Assembly: GCF_035594765.1 (NCBI RefSeq)
Contig: NC_085846.1
Span: forward strand, 13,937,190-14,001,189
Direction: 5' to 3'
Source: Anolis carolinensis
Taxonomy: Eukaryota
Length of the DNA stretch: 64,000 nucleotides
A program made the position numbers and the translations under genes. Under the pieces are notes generated by a model. The model did not search any database, had not been told where the DNA came from, and worked only from the letters and a program-made list of their open reading frames with translations. This document shows, one piece after another, positions 47,511 through 59,801 of the stretch; the stretch's first letter is position 1; each line of letters begins with the position of its first letter.

Positions 47511-48542
47511 TCATCCAGATAAGTCAGTGTCACTTTCTGGGCTTTGGGGAATAGGGGACCCTCCCGAAGCAGCACATGGCAGGAACAGTTCCGCATAGCC
47601 GTTGCCACTGGGTGGAGAAGGGGTGGCAGCAGGGAAGTCCAGACCCACTGGACCTGCCAAGCCTTGGTTTTGGAATGCCTCAAAGTCTGTTCCAGGATTT
47701 CCTGAAGGCAACCCCTCAGGAGGGGCCCCGTCTGCAGGACGGCATACTTCGAAGCGTAACCAGCGGTATCCAGTGCACTTCCGTGCTCCAGGGCAGCTCT
47801 GGATGAGGTGCTGGATGGCTGGGTGGGAGAGCCCAAAGAACTCAGCACCGGATGGCTCCAGTTGGGCAGCACCCACAGCCTCAAGGAGTTGAGTGTGGCA
47901 GGAGTCCGGAGTGGAGCCAGTGACTACACAGCCAGGCTCATCTTCAGGGGCGATCTCGAAGAGTGGCCCAGTACCACCGTCCTTGATCTGGCAAGTATAG
48001 AGGCAGCGGTGAACAGGCCGGCGTGTACTGGCGAAGATCCTGGTGCTGCAATATCCCACAGGGTAGATGGCATTTTCTGTATGGAAACCAGGACGGTCAG
48101 AGACAATTTCACCCAAGCTGTAGACGGTCAGCGGACCCAATGTGATAGGAAAAACTGGCCGGCCAGAAGGATCCAAGGGAAGCGGCGGAACTAGCCTGCG
48201 AATGCCAAGCTCAGATGACACCCTGCGCTTTGATGCCCGCCCATTCTCTTTGCCTTTGCGTTCCCGGCGTGGTTTGCGGATGACCATCTCCTCTGGCGAG
48301 GGCTGCGAAACTGTAGTGACAGATGGCACAGGAGGCTCTTCTTCTGCTAGGGCTTGTGCCTGCAGCAGGCGAGCCAACAAGAACCGGCGCTCTTCACGCA
48401 CACGGAGGTATTTGGCCTCCAGTCTGGCAATCTCATCACACAGGGCTGCATTCTCATAAACCAGCACTTTGGCTGCACGGCACAGACGTCGGAACTTTAG
48501 GCGGTAACGCTCGCCTTGGTTTTTCCGCAGGGTTTTCTTCAT
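47511..48542 (-). CDS. TBRG1: TBRG1/NIAM-like protein (N-terminal coiled coil plus FYRN/FYRC), single coding exon, 343 aa; probable retrogene
   Basis: MKKTLRKNQGERYRLKFRRLCRAAKVLVYENAALCDEIARLE matches the TBRG1 N-terminus; FYR region GRPVFPITLGPLTVYSLGEI...IYPVGYCSTR...CLYTCQIKDG...GAEFFGLSHPAIQHLIQSCPGARKC; uninterrupted ORF; acceptor at 48575/48574. Confidence 0.85.
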   Translation of the reverse strand: MKKTLRKNQGERYRLKFRRLCRAAKVLVYENAALCDEIARLEAKYLRVREERRFLLARLLQAQALAEEEPPVPSVTTVSQPSPEEMVIRKPRRERKGKENGRASKRRVSSELGIRRLVPPLPLDPSGRPVFPITLGPLTVYSLGEIVSDRPGFHTENAIYPVGYCSTRIFASTRRPVHRCLYTCQIKDGGTGPLFEIAPEDEPGCVVTGSTPDSCHTQLLEAVGAAQLEPSGAEFFGLSHPAIQHLIQSCPGARKCTGYRWLRFEVCRPADGAPPEGLPSGNPGTDFEAFQNQGLAGPVGLDFPAATPSPPSGNGYAELFLPCAASGGSPIPQSPESDTDLSG

Positions 48543-49721
48543 TGTAAGATGAGTAATGGAACTGGCAGGAGAATCTAGGAAGGAGAAAGATATCCAACGA
48601 GTGGATATTTAGTTTTGGTTTGTTTGTTTAAATATTTGTTTAAATCCTGACCTCTTACACAGAGCTTCCTAAACTTTTTCCATCTGAATTTATTTTAATC
48701 CAGGCATTATTAGGATATAAAATAGTACAGCTGAAATACAGCTGAAGCCTTTTCTGCAGAGTCCACTGTAGATGCTGCATGTTCAGACACCTTTAATTGT
48801 TGTCAGTTTTTTCAGGACCCCAACATTGCGCTAAGGGGTCAAGACCCACACTTTACTCATAACATATCGGGGAAGCATACAATTAAAACATATTATTTAA
48901 AGCAATGCCAGAAAAAAACCTAAAGCAATAATTTATTTATTTATTTATTTATTATAATATTTATATCCCGCCCTTCTCACCCAACAGGGGACTCAGGGCG
49001 GCTTACAATAAAACACACATATAAAAACTGTACAATACACTATAAATCAGTCAAAAAATTAACTTACATAAGACATTCATAAAACGCATTATAAATACAG
49101 ATAGGCATGTTCAAGTTTAATTTAAGTAAGATAAAAGCATATTAAGAAGCTCACCATATCTTAGCATTCTCTTTATGCCAAAAAGTCAATCAGTTACTAA
49201 AGCAGTGGTTCTTAACATGTGGGTCCCCAGATATTTTGGCCTACAACTCCCAGAAATCCCAGCCAATTTACCAGCTGTTGGGATTTCTGGGAGTTGAATA
49301 CTGGTGTATGCAATTTTCCCCAAAAGGAGTTGAATGCTGGTGTATGCAATTGTTTCCCCAAAACAAGTCATGCTTTTACGAAGAAGTTATGTCATCATTT
49401 TTCAAAAGGTTATGACTTCTAATAAGATCATCTCTTTCCAAAGATCATAAAAGGTTATTGAGATTTCCATTTTCCAAAGAAGTTTATTAACACACACACA
49501 CATTAAAAGACAGGCATATGATTAAAACACATAATAATCATTTGAACCAATGAAATGTAAGTTTGAATCCATAGGTTACAATTGGCTGGGTTACTACATT
49601 CCCAAACATCTGGAAGACCACTGGGCAATAGTCTGAAAAGAATACAGTTTGAAAACAGAGTTCTCCCACAGCCAGCACCTTTCCCCCTTCTTTGTAGGCC
49701 CCATAATCGCCCCCTCCTCAC

Positions 49722-49830
49722 CACAAAACGGCCCCACCGCTTCCTCCCTTTCGCCTTCTAAGTCAGCAAGCAGGAACCGGAAGTTGCCGTCCACCTTCAG
49801 GCTCCGGGCTGCGACGTCATGTCTGTGAAA
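49722..49830 (-). promoter_or_regulatory. Promoter and first exon of the TBRG1-like gene
   Basis: CpG-rich; ETS ACCGGAAGT at 49776-49784; CRE-like GACGTCA at 49813-49819; minus-strand donor GTG|GTGAGG at 49722/49721. Confidence 0.6.
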
Positions 49831-50387
49831 TCCGTTCCTGTCTCCATGGAGACACCAGGGCTTTCCAAGAACCTGAAGGTACTGAGTTGGCATCTCTTCT
49901 GAGTTTCTTCGCTTTATGCAAATAGAAATTAACTAAATGAAGACACACACACATAAAACCCTGCAAAGTTGAGGACCCTAATAATAATTATTTTTAAATG
50001 TGTGCTGGTTTTATAAGAATTTGACCTTACCTTTGTTCTCTCAGGCCCCTTCCACACAGCTGTATTAAATCCCACATTATCTGCTTTGAACTGGGTTATA
50101 TGGCAGCGTGGATTCAGATGACACAGCTCAAAACAGATATTGTGGATTATCTGCCTTGATATTCTGTGTTATATGGCTGTGTGTGGAATGGCCCTCCTGT
50201 AGTTTTTCCTCACTAGAAGTTGCTTTAATGTTTTTATTTCTAACATATGTAGTTTGTTAAATGTAGTTTTAAATGTATGTTAGTATGTCTGTGTTGCATG
50301 ACAAAAATGATTTGTTCTTTTTGACATTATATTCATATTTTAATAATGTATTTGCTTTGTTTTAACCATATTATGTTTAATGTGTTG

Positions 50388-51392
50388 TAAAAGGCTTTCA
50401 TGGCCGGAATCTCTGGTTTGCTGTGAGTTTTCTGGGCTGTATGGCCATGTTCCAGAAGCATTCTCTCCTGTCATTTCGTCCACATTATGGCAGGCATCCT
50501 CAAAGTTTGTGAGGTCTTGTCGAAGGCTTTCATGGCCGGGATCACAGGGTTGTTGTATGTCTTTCAGGCTGTGTGGCCATGTTCCAGAAGTATTGCCCAC
50601 ATCTATGGCAGGCATCCTCAGAGGCTGTGAGGCATGGATAAAATAGGCGAGGAAAGGAAAAATATATATCTGTGGAGAGTCCAGGGTATGCCATAGATGG
50701 GGGCGAAATGTCAGGAGAGAATGCTTCTGGAACATGGCCACACAACCCGAAAGACATACAACAACCCTGTTGTGAGATCTGTTGGAAACTAGGCAAGAGG
50801 GATTTATATATTTGTGGAATGCTCAGGGTGGAAGAAAGAACTCTTGTCTGCCTGAGGCAAGTGTGCATGTTGCAATTGCCCACCTTGATTAGCACTGAAT
50901 GGCCTTGCCGCTTCAAAGCCTAAATCCATCCAGTCTGGGAGAATCCTTTGTTCGGAGTTGTTAGCTGGCCCTGATTGTTTCCTGTCTGGAATTCCCATGT
51001 TTTCAAAGTGCTGTTCTTTATTTACTGTCCTGATTTTAGAGTTTTTTAAAATACTGGTAGCCAGATTGTGCTCATTTTCATGGTTTCCTCCTTTCTGTTG
51101 AAATTGTCCACGTGCTTGTGGATTTCAATGGCTTCTCTGTGTAGTCTGACATGGTGGTTGTGAGACTAGTCCAGCATTTCTGTGTTCTCAAATAATATGC
51201 TGTGTCCAGGTTGGTTCATCAAGTGCTCTGCTGTGGCTGACTGCTCTGGTGAAGTGGTCTGCAGTGCCTTTCATGATCCTTGATTCATGTTTGGGTGCTG
51301 CGTTTGAGGACGCCTGCCATAGATATGGGCGAAAAATCAGGAGATAATGCTTCTGGAACATGGCCATAGAGCCCGGAAAACTCACAGCAAGC
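50388..51392. mobile_element. Rearranged Penelope fragment cluster
   Basis: Multiple terminal repeats in both orientations plus a minus-strand remnant of the GIY-YIG region (about 51050-51290). Confidence 0.75.
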
Positions 51393-51467
51393 TAGCTATC
51401 ATCATCTTATCCCAATGCAATAGGAAAAGAGGATGGCTGCTTTCCAGATGGATGGACTCAATTAAGA

Positions 51468-51511
<44 letters not shown>

Positions 51512-51513
<2 letters not shown>

Positions 51514-51763
51514 GGAAAAACTCAGCTGTTATCAGGACCTCAAGATTGAACTGCAAAGGCTCTGGCATAAACCAGTACAGGTGGTCCCGGTGGTGATTGG
51601 CACACTGGGTGCCGTGCCAAAAGATCTCAACCGACATTTGGAAACAATAAACATTGACAAAATTACGATCTATCAACTGCAAAAGGCCACCTTATTCGGA
51701 TCTGCACGCATCATCTGAAAATACATCACACAGTCCTAAACACTTCAAAAGTGTTCGACTTGT
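51512..51763 (+). mobile_element. R4/Dong-clade LINE 3' fragment (restriction-like endonuclease C-terminus)
   Basis: Translates QEKLSCYQDLKIELQRLWHKPVQVVPVVIGTLGAVPKDLNRHLETINIDKITIYQLQKATLFGSARII*; begins directly after an (AAT)n run. Confidence 0.75.
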
Positions 51764-52259
51764 AACACTTTTCTATAAAATACACATATGCCAATACATG
51801 GAACAAAAATGAAATACAACCGTAAAAGAACGTAAAGTTAACATGTATGGGTTAAAATTGACTGAGTAGTTGATTTCAAATTAGTCCCCTTCCACACAGC
51901 TGTATAACATCTACATTGAACTGGATTATATGGCAGCGTGGATTCAGATAATCAAGTTTGACGCAGATATTGTAGATTATCTGCCTTGATGTTCTGGGTT
52001 ACATGGCTTTGTGGAAGGGCCCTCTGTGGAGAAAATAAATAGATCTGAAAGAAGGTTGGAAAAGGGACAAATCACCCTTCTTTCCTTCCTTCCTCACTTT
52101 CTTGCACTCAGACCAGTTCTAATAATATCAATCTGTTTTGCTGTCCTTGTAATAGGAGCTCAGAGGACAGAACTATTTCTGACCAACAGTCATAATCTCA
52201 TCCAGAGGCTGCAAAGAGGGGCAGGCCAAGGTCATTTCAATGAAGTGTTAGAGCAATCT

Positions 52260-52393
52260 CAGGCATGGGCAAACTTGGGCCCTCCAGGTGTTTTGGACTT
52301 CAACTCCCACTATTCCTAACAGCCTACCGGCTGTTAGGAATGGTGGGAGTTGAAGTCCAAAACACCTGGAGGGCCCAAGTTTGCCCATGCCTG
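52260..52393. mobile_element. hAT MITE
   Basis: Near-perfect palindrome CAGGCATGGGCAAACTTGG...CCAAGTTTGCCCATGCCTG. Confidence 0.85.
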
Positions 52394-52962
52394 GTGTAGA
52401 TGCACCCCAGAACACCTGGAGGACTAGAGTTTGGGGGCCAATGCGGTAATGCAAGCTCATGGGGGAGAAATTCCACTTGGTATCCCTCTTTTCCTTCCCT
52501 CTGGAGGCTCTGGTTCTTTGCCTGGGAGGTTGAGACCCCCCCCCCCCTTCCTCTTTCCTGTCTGGTGTTGCTCACAGAAAGAAGGGGGGTGGCGGGTCCG
52601 GAGGCGGAGCTGGAGCCACTGGCCTTGCATTGTCTGGGCTTCATGCCTGGTTGCAGGAGGAGCGGCATTGGAGGGCCATGGAGAGGGTAAGGGGGTCTTT
52701 GGGGGGCTTGGAGCTGGGGGAAATGCATGGCATGGGGGAGTGGGAAGAGACCCCACCGCTAGGAAAGTGCTTGCCCTCCTCCATATCTACCCCCTAAGCC
52801 TTGCCAAAAGGGCATTTGGAAAAGACCAGACCGCGGATATGGAGGATGCAAAGTTCCCCGGGAGGGAAAAGCAGGAAGAAGTGCTCAAAGTGGCAATCAG
52901 CAAGGTGCACCCAGGTTCACATCCACACTGTAGAACGAATGCAGCTTCATACTACTATAATT

Positions 52963-53279
52963 AGGAGCCCCGGTGGCAAAGTGTGTTAAAGCACTGAGCT
53001 GGAGACCAAAAGGTCCCAGGTTCAAACCCCGGGAGCGGTGTGAGCGGCCGCTGTTAGCTCCAGCTCCTGCCAACCTAGCAGTTCGAAAACATGCCAATGT
53101 GAGTAGATCAATAGGTACTGCTCCGGCGGGAAGGTAAGGGCGCTCCATGCAGTCATGCCGGCCACATGACCTTGGAGGGGTCTACAGACAACGCCGGCTC
53201 TTCAGCTTAGAAATGGAGATGAGCACCAACCCCCAGAGTCAGACATGACTGGACTTAACGTCAGGGGAAACCTTTACCT
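52963..53279 (+). mobile_element. Full-length Sauria SINE with 13-bp TSD
   Basis: Head GGAGCCCCGGTGGC, B-box GGTTCAAACCC, tail ACCTTTACCT; TACTACTATAATT at 52950-52962 and 53280-53292. Confidence 0.9.
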
Positions 53280-53529
53280 TACTACTATAATTGCTATGGC
53301 TCAGTCCTCTGGGAAGGGTAGTTTTTCAAGGCCTTCAGCCTTCTCTTCTAAAGTGCTTTACCAAACTACACATCTTAGCATTCCATAGCATTCACTCTAC
53401 AGTATGGATGCATTCCTGGAGAGAGAAGGACCATGAAGAGGATGCCCAGGGTTCTGCACTGTAAAATTAATGCATTTTGACATCGTTATTCAATGCTTTA
53501 GAATCTTGGGAGTTGTAGGTTGCTTCAAA

Positions 53530-54270
53530 TTTTCCAGCCTGTATGGCCATGTTTCAGAAGCATTCTCTCCTGACATTTCGCTCACATCTATACCATGCAG
53601 CTGTGGACAAGTCTACAGAGGGACCACCAAACGCAGCATTGCCCAAACACGAATCAAGGAACATCAAAGGCACTGCAGGCTAACTCAGCCAGAGAAGTCA
53701 GTCATAGCAGAGCACTGGATGAACCAACCTGGACACAGCATATTATTGGAGAACACAGAAATGCTGTCAGACTACACAGATAAGCCATCGAAATCCACAA
53801 GCACGTGGATAATTTTAACAGAAAGGAGAAAACCATGAAAATAAACAAAACTTGGCTACCAGTATTAAAAAACTCTAAAATCAGGACAGTAAATAAAGAG
53901 CAATACTCAAAAAACAGGGGAATTCCAGACATTAATCAACCAGGGCCAGCTAACACCTCCCAACAAAGCATTCTCCCAGGCAGGAAGCAGCCAGGCTTTG
54001 AAGCTGCAAGGCTTTCCAGTGCTAATCAAGTTGGCCAGTTGCAACATTCACACTTGCCTTCAGCAGACAAGAGATCTTTCTCTCACCCTGGACTTTCCAC
54101 AGATATATAAACCTCACTTGCCCAATTTCCAACAGACCTCACAACCTCTGAGGATGCCTGCCATAGATGTGCGCAAAATATCAGGAGATAATGCTTCTGG
54201 AACATGGCCATACAGCCCGGAAAACTCACAGCAATCCAGTGATTCCGGCCACGGAAGCCTTTGACAACAT
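53530..54270 (+). mobile_element. Penelope-like retroelement 3' part with GIY-YIG endonuclease remnant and short inverted terminal piece
   Basis: IPCSCGQVYRGTTKRSIAQTRIKEHQRHCRLTQPEKSVIAEH, followed by the terminal repeat. Confidence 0.8.
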
Positions 54271-54589
54271 AAGAGAGATTGTTTTAGTACATCCAATGGG
54301 ACTTAAGAACCTCTGGATTTTTGTATCCACAGATCGCCCCAGTGGATACCGAGGACCCACTACAATATCTACTTGTTCCCTTGTTCTAGATGTATATGTA
54401 AGAGAGAGAGGAAAGTTCCTGGCATTTTTTCAGCTTAAAAATGTAATACCACGAAGCCTCATCAAGCCATCTGTGCACAAGAGGATCGCTTTATCTGGCA
54501 AGAGCTTTTCCCAGATTTGAGCCAGTAATCTGCAGTCTTCACCCAGCTCTATTCCTATGCACTTGTTTTTCTTGTCTCCTCTTATGCAG

Positions 54590-55998
54590 ATGGAATCCAT
54601 CTCTTTCCCAGGCTTTCTGGTGGAAGCTGAAAGCCCTGGCCCCTTTCCTCTGGAAGATGATCCCAGTGCTCCTAGGTAAAACCTTACTTTTTTCTCTTCT
54701 TTCTCTCCCTGTGTTTTAAATCCAGTGAAGCTAGAATTATGGCTGTTTTATTGGAAGTGAATCCCACAGTGAACCCTGTTGGGTTTTCATTTCCTATGAA
54801 CATGCAAAAAGGTCAGGTCTGCATGACATGGATGGATCTGGAACTGGATTTGCTGACATTGGGTCGTGGTGGCGCAATGGGCTAAACCCTTGTGCTGGCT
54901 GAACTGCTGACCTGAAGGTTGGAGGTTCGAATCCATGAGATGTGGTGAGCTTCCGTCTATCAGCCCTAGCTTCCTTGCCACCCTAGCAGTTAGAAAACAT
55001 GCATATGCGAGTAGATAAATAGATATCGCTTGAGGCGGGAAAAGGCCACACAATCAGGAAGTAACAACGCAGGCTCCTTGAAAATGGGGAAAAAGCACCT
55101 CTCATAAGCCAGAGATGAGTTCCGCCTCCAGAAGCTGGAAATGAAAGGAGAAGCCTTGCCTTTGTTTGTGTTTGTGTGTCTCACTGTATCTGTGATTATA
55201 ATGTCATTAAATGTTTGCCTATGTATGTAAATACCGTTGAGTCCCCAGGGGAGAAGGGCGGAATATAAATAAAGTGTATTATCATCATCATCGTCATTAA
55301 CATCATCATCTATGCCAACCTCAGCAGAAGTAGGTGGGAGTCTACTGATAGATCTCTGATGATTACACTAATAGATCAAGATCAGCTGCTCCCCCCTGTG
55401 GTCAGAATTGAACATCCCCTCAGGAGAAGGTTAACTTGCCTCTGCATCTGTTTGTCTCGGTCTCTGTTTGATGTGTTTATGCGCATTGAATGTTTGCCCT
55501 ATGTGTGTATAATGTGATCCACCCTGAGTCCCCTTTGGGGTGAGAAGGGCGGAATATAAATACTGTAAATAAATAAATAAATTCAAAAACCCAAATTTGA
55601 ATGTTTAAATCCTCTGATATAGATTTACTGTTCACCCCACACAAAAAGACCCCATTAGCACAGTAAATAGTTGGTTCACCCTTTACCTGAGACTGGTAAT
55701 TAATAAGGAGTAACCTTTCATCATTTCTGTCTTGGTTTAAATTGAAATGTTACCCAAGGGCTTTGTTTTTCCATTTTAAAAATGTAAATTTCAAAACGTG
55801 TTCTAATCTGATTTTATTGTGTGTATTTTTTGGGGTGGAATAACACTTTTGCCACTTACTGCTGCAAATATTATTTGTTCTTTTATTGGATTTTAGAGCT
55901 TTAGGGAAACTATCCTCTGATTATATATGGATAAATGAAAGTGTAGAGAGATACCAAGGACCTTTGAGCCATTCAGCCTGGGTCTGTCTTTCTTTTCT

Positions 55999-56066
<68 letters not shown>

Positions 56067-59000
56067 TGCTTGTCTTCTCCCTCATTCACCCACAAGAAGC
56101 TTTTAAGAGTTGAATCATGTCATTAACTATCTGTATAAATGTCATCTCTAGGTTTCCCAATGCTGAGCCACATTTCTCCAGGATGGAGCCAGGAGAGGAC
56201 CTACAGTTGCCAGATTCAGGAGACAGGCAAGAGCTGACTGTTGTCAATCCAGGTGAGGAACAGTTAATTGCGTCTGCAGGGAGATGGTGTTGTATAATGA
56301 TTAATTCCCAAAGTAGGAGACCTGTGTTTCTCCAGATGTTGTTGGGCTACAGTTCTTATCACCTATGGCCTATGGCTGCACTGGTTGGGGCTGATGGGAG
56401 CTGGGATCAGAGAACACAGGAGGACTGTCCTGATTCCCTGTCCTGATTCAGAGCAGAACCTAGACAAATAAAGTTATTGGATTGGAACTCTGAGGATCTT
56501 CTGGATTTGGTCATACTGAAAGTTTTAATTAAAAAGGCATTATAGGTCTACATCTGTTTGAGTGGGAATGCCAGGGTTGAACATGGGACCTTCTAAATGC
56601 AAAGTGTTATTTTCTAGCACTGAGCTGTGGTCCTTGGTTAATAGAATACATCTTCCTCCAAATAACTGCGTTGGTCAAGCGAAGATCCAAATCCTCCATT
56701 CTCATATCCATACTTACTTATTACTCTTATTCTCTTTACTACTGTGCTATAAAACACCCCCATAATTTATAGTTTTGAGTCTCTTTTAAGAGTCTCAAGA
56801 GAGGAATGTGGGGTAAAAATATAATAAGGATAATATTATAATGGGTTTATGCTTATGCCCTGGCCACAAAAATATATATCATTCTGCAACACTGGCGTCC
56901 TCCGGACAGTTTGTTAATATCTCTAGTGTTCTCTATTGAAAGTGTTTTTGTATACTGTTTTGGTTGAGCCTTATGGGACCTTCATTTACAGGTTTAGCTT
57001 TGTAGATTTGATTATTCAGAGGTAATCAAAACAATTTTTTAAATGTTTTTTTTCCCCATTTTTATTGAGGTCCTGCACCCATAACTCCAGTGAATGTAGA
57101 AGACTTATTATAATATTCTGGAAGAGTTAAGGTTGAATAAAACCTCTTCCACACACCCCAAAACTGACAACTCCATAACGCAGTGGTTCTCAACCTGTGG
57201 GTCCCAGATGTTTTGGCCTTCAACTCCCAGAAATCCTAATAGCTGGTAAACTGGCTGGGATTTCTGAGAGTTGTAGGCCAAAACACCTGGGGACTCACAG
57301 GTTAAGAACCACTACCATAATGTATGCCAATCACAGGTTTGAGGGGACATTTTGAATAAAAAAGACATAATATCAGATTTATTATATGTCTTTCTCCAGG
57401 CTTTGACACACCAAGTGAAGAAGAGCAAGAAGAAGAAATGGTGGAGGAAACTGAGGAGGAAGAAACCGGGATTTTCCCTGAGACCTGTGATTGGTCCCAA
57501 GTGACGTCGGAAGAGAAGGATGCCGGTGCCTTGGTCATGGCTGACCCTCGTCCATTCTGCTGCTTGGAGTGCGGGAAGGGATTTGCCCAGAGTTCAAACC
57601 TGGTGAAACATCAGCGGATCCACACAGGGGAACGCCCATTCCGGTGCCCTGAATGTGGACGGGGCTTCAGTTGGAGCTCATCGTTGGCTGAGCACCTCAA
57701 AACGCATGGTGGGCGCCGTCCCCATGCCTGCAGCGAGTGCGGGAAGCGTTTTGCTCGTGGCTCGACGCTGGCGGAGCATCAGCGCGTGCACACTGGAGAG
57801 AAGCCCTTCCGGTGCCAGCAGTGCGGAGCACGTTTCTCCCAGAGCTCCACCCTGGCGCACCATCTGCGCACGCACTCTGGGGAACGGCCCCATGTCTGTC
57901 CCGACTGTGGGAAATGCTTTGGCCGCAAGTCCACCCTTGTTACGCACCGACGGACTCACACCGGAGAGAAGCCTTATCTCTGCAAGGAGTGTGGGCGCTG
58001 CTTTGGCGTCAGCTCCGACCTTGCCAAACATGTACGCAACCACCGTGCTAATGGTGGCAGGTGGGAGAATAATGGGACAAGAAGATGCCCGGTGATAGAG
58101 AGGAAGAAAGAAGAAACTGAAAAAGCTTTCCATGAGGACTTGAATGTAGCCGAAGAGCAGCAAAGTGAGCCTGTGGTTAGAAGTGAAGGGGGAACTGAGT
58201 CTGGGGAGAACTTTCTCCAGGATTCTGCACTAGGTATCCATCAGAGTGAGGTTTCTAACCACTGCCATCCATGTATAGAAGTCTTCCCTGACACGTCAGA
58301 ACTAGAAGCCCAAGCAAATCATGACATAGAGAAGAAGCCTTACAAATGTTCTAGCTGTTGTGCTGGCCTTTTTGAAAGCTCTGCACTTGAAATGCACGAG
58401 AGGGTACACCTTGAAGGTCTATCCCACCACTGCCCCCAAGATGGAGAGGACTTCCCTAATAGTTCTGATTTGGAGCAGCACCAAAGTGCCCCAGATGTAG
58501 AAGAGGAACCGTTTAAGTATCTGGAGCACAGGGCTAACTTTGCTGAAACCACGATTCTAGCTACACAGGAGATAATCCCCTTGGATGAGGAATCTTATGC
58601 TTGCACACAGTGTGAAAAAATATTTCTCAGTAAAGATGAGCTGACATTTCATCAGGAAAGTCACACTGTTCAAGAAAAAGAGGATGAGAAGCTTTATCAG
58701 TGCCCTGTTAGCAATGCTCCATTCTCTGAAAGTACTGATCTTGTGATGCATAAGGTGAGCCATGGAGCAGATGGAGAATCTCACTGCTGTCATCAATGTG
58801 GTGAGGTGTTCATTACTAACTCAGAGCTTTCAATTCACCAGTTGAGTCACTCAGGAGAAGTTTCTTTGGACAAACCATATTCTTGTGCCACCTGTGCCAA
58901 GAAATTTGTCCTTTTTGCCACACTAGTTGCCCATGAACGTACCCACATGTCTGATGATGCTGCCTACCGTTGCCCAAAGTGTGGTGAATGTTTCTCAGAC

Positions 59001-59801
59001 AGCAACAAGCTGGGGAGACACCAGCAACGCCACTTGGGCAAGGAGAGGCCTTTCTGCTGCCCAGCTTGCAACAAGGGCTTTGTGCTCCTTTCGGGGCTTC
59101 AGCAACACCAGCGTGACCCTCCTTCCCGGTGTCCTCAGTGCGGTGAGACCTTTGTGTGGCGCTGCCAGCTGACCAAACACCGCCGGAACTGCCATCCAGC
59201 CGAACGGCCCTATAAGTGCCCTGAGTGTGGCAAGGGCTTTGCACAGAGTTCAAAACTCCTGCGGCACCAGGTGACACATACCGGCGAGAAACCTTTCAAG
59301 TGCCCTGAATGTGGCAAGATCTTCAGCCAGAGCTCCAATCTGGTGGAGCACCGTCGCACCCACGCCCCTGGTAAAGCCCACCGTTGTGCCATCTGCAGCA
59401 AGGCTTTTGCCCTGGGTTCCTATTTAGCCAAGCATCAGGCCACTCACACTGGCTCTCGCCCTTTCCATTGCACCGAGTGCGGCAAGGGTTTCCGGCAGAG
59501 CTCCAATCTCATCCAGCACCAGCGCACTCACACGGGAGAAAGACCATATGTTTGTGCCTCTTGTGGCAAATCCTTCACCCAGAACTCACACTTGGTCAAG
59601 CACCGGCGTGTTCACACAGCTGAGCGCCCCTACCGCTGTCCTGTCTGCGGTAAGAGCTTTCGGCAACGTGGCAACCTGGCTGAGCACCAGCACCAACACG
59701 CCGGCACCCGGCCATATATCTGTGGCACTTGTGGGAAGTCATTCCGGTGGAGCTCTGCTTTCTCCAAACACCAACGTATCCATCTTGACTCTGATCTTTG
59801 A
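54590..59801 (+). CDS. Multi-C2H2 zinc-finger protein (exons 54590-54675, 56152-56252, 57400-59801; about 862 aa; an additional upstream exon is possible)
   Basis: Large last exon with 6 canonical fingers, about 12 partly degenerate or acidic central repeats and 7 canonical C-terminal fingers; upstream exons join in phase 2 and 1; exon 2 resembles a KRAB-B-type exon. Confidence 0.85.
55988..56066. repeat. (TTTC)n microsatellite
   Basis: Tetranucleotide run. Confidence 0.95.
57181..57314. mobile_element. SPIN-like hAT MITE
   Basis: TIR CAGTGGTTCTCAACCTGTG; TSD CCATAACG/CCATAATG. Confidence 0.78.

Noticed and set aside
47511-48542. Identification as INO80E (a 16p11.2 gene with a similar N-terminal coiled coil)
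   Set aside because: The ENAALCDEIARLE motif and full FYRN/FYRC region match TBRG1 specifically
52839-52904. Additional first coding exon for the large ZNF gene (MEDAKF...AISK|GTGCAC)
   Set aside because: Phase-compatible, but the donor is weak and no homology supports it; left out of the model
52963-53035. tRNA gene
   Set aside because: tRNA-like A/B boxes are the head of a SINE, continuous with the SINE body, tail and TSD
55383-55402. Second CTCF-like site (TGACCACAGGGGGGAGCAG, minus strand)
   Set aside because: Mismatches at core positions; too weak to call
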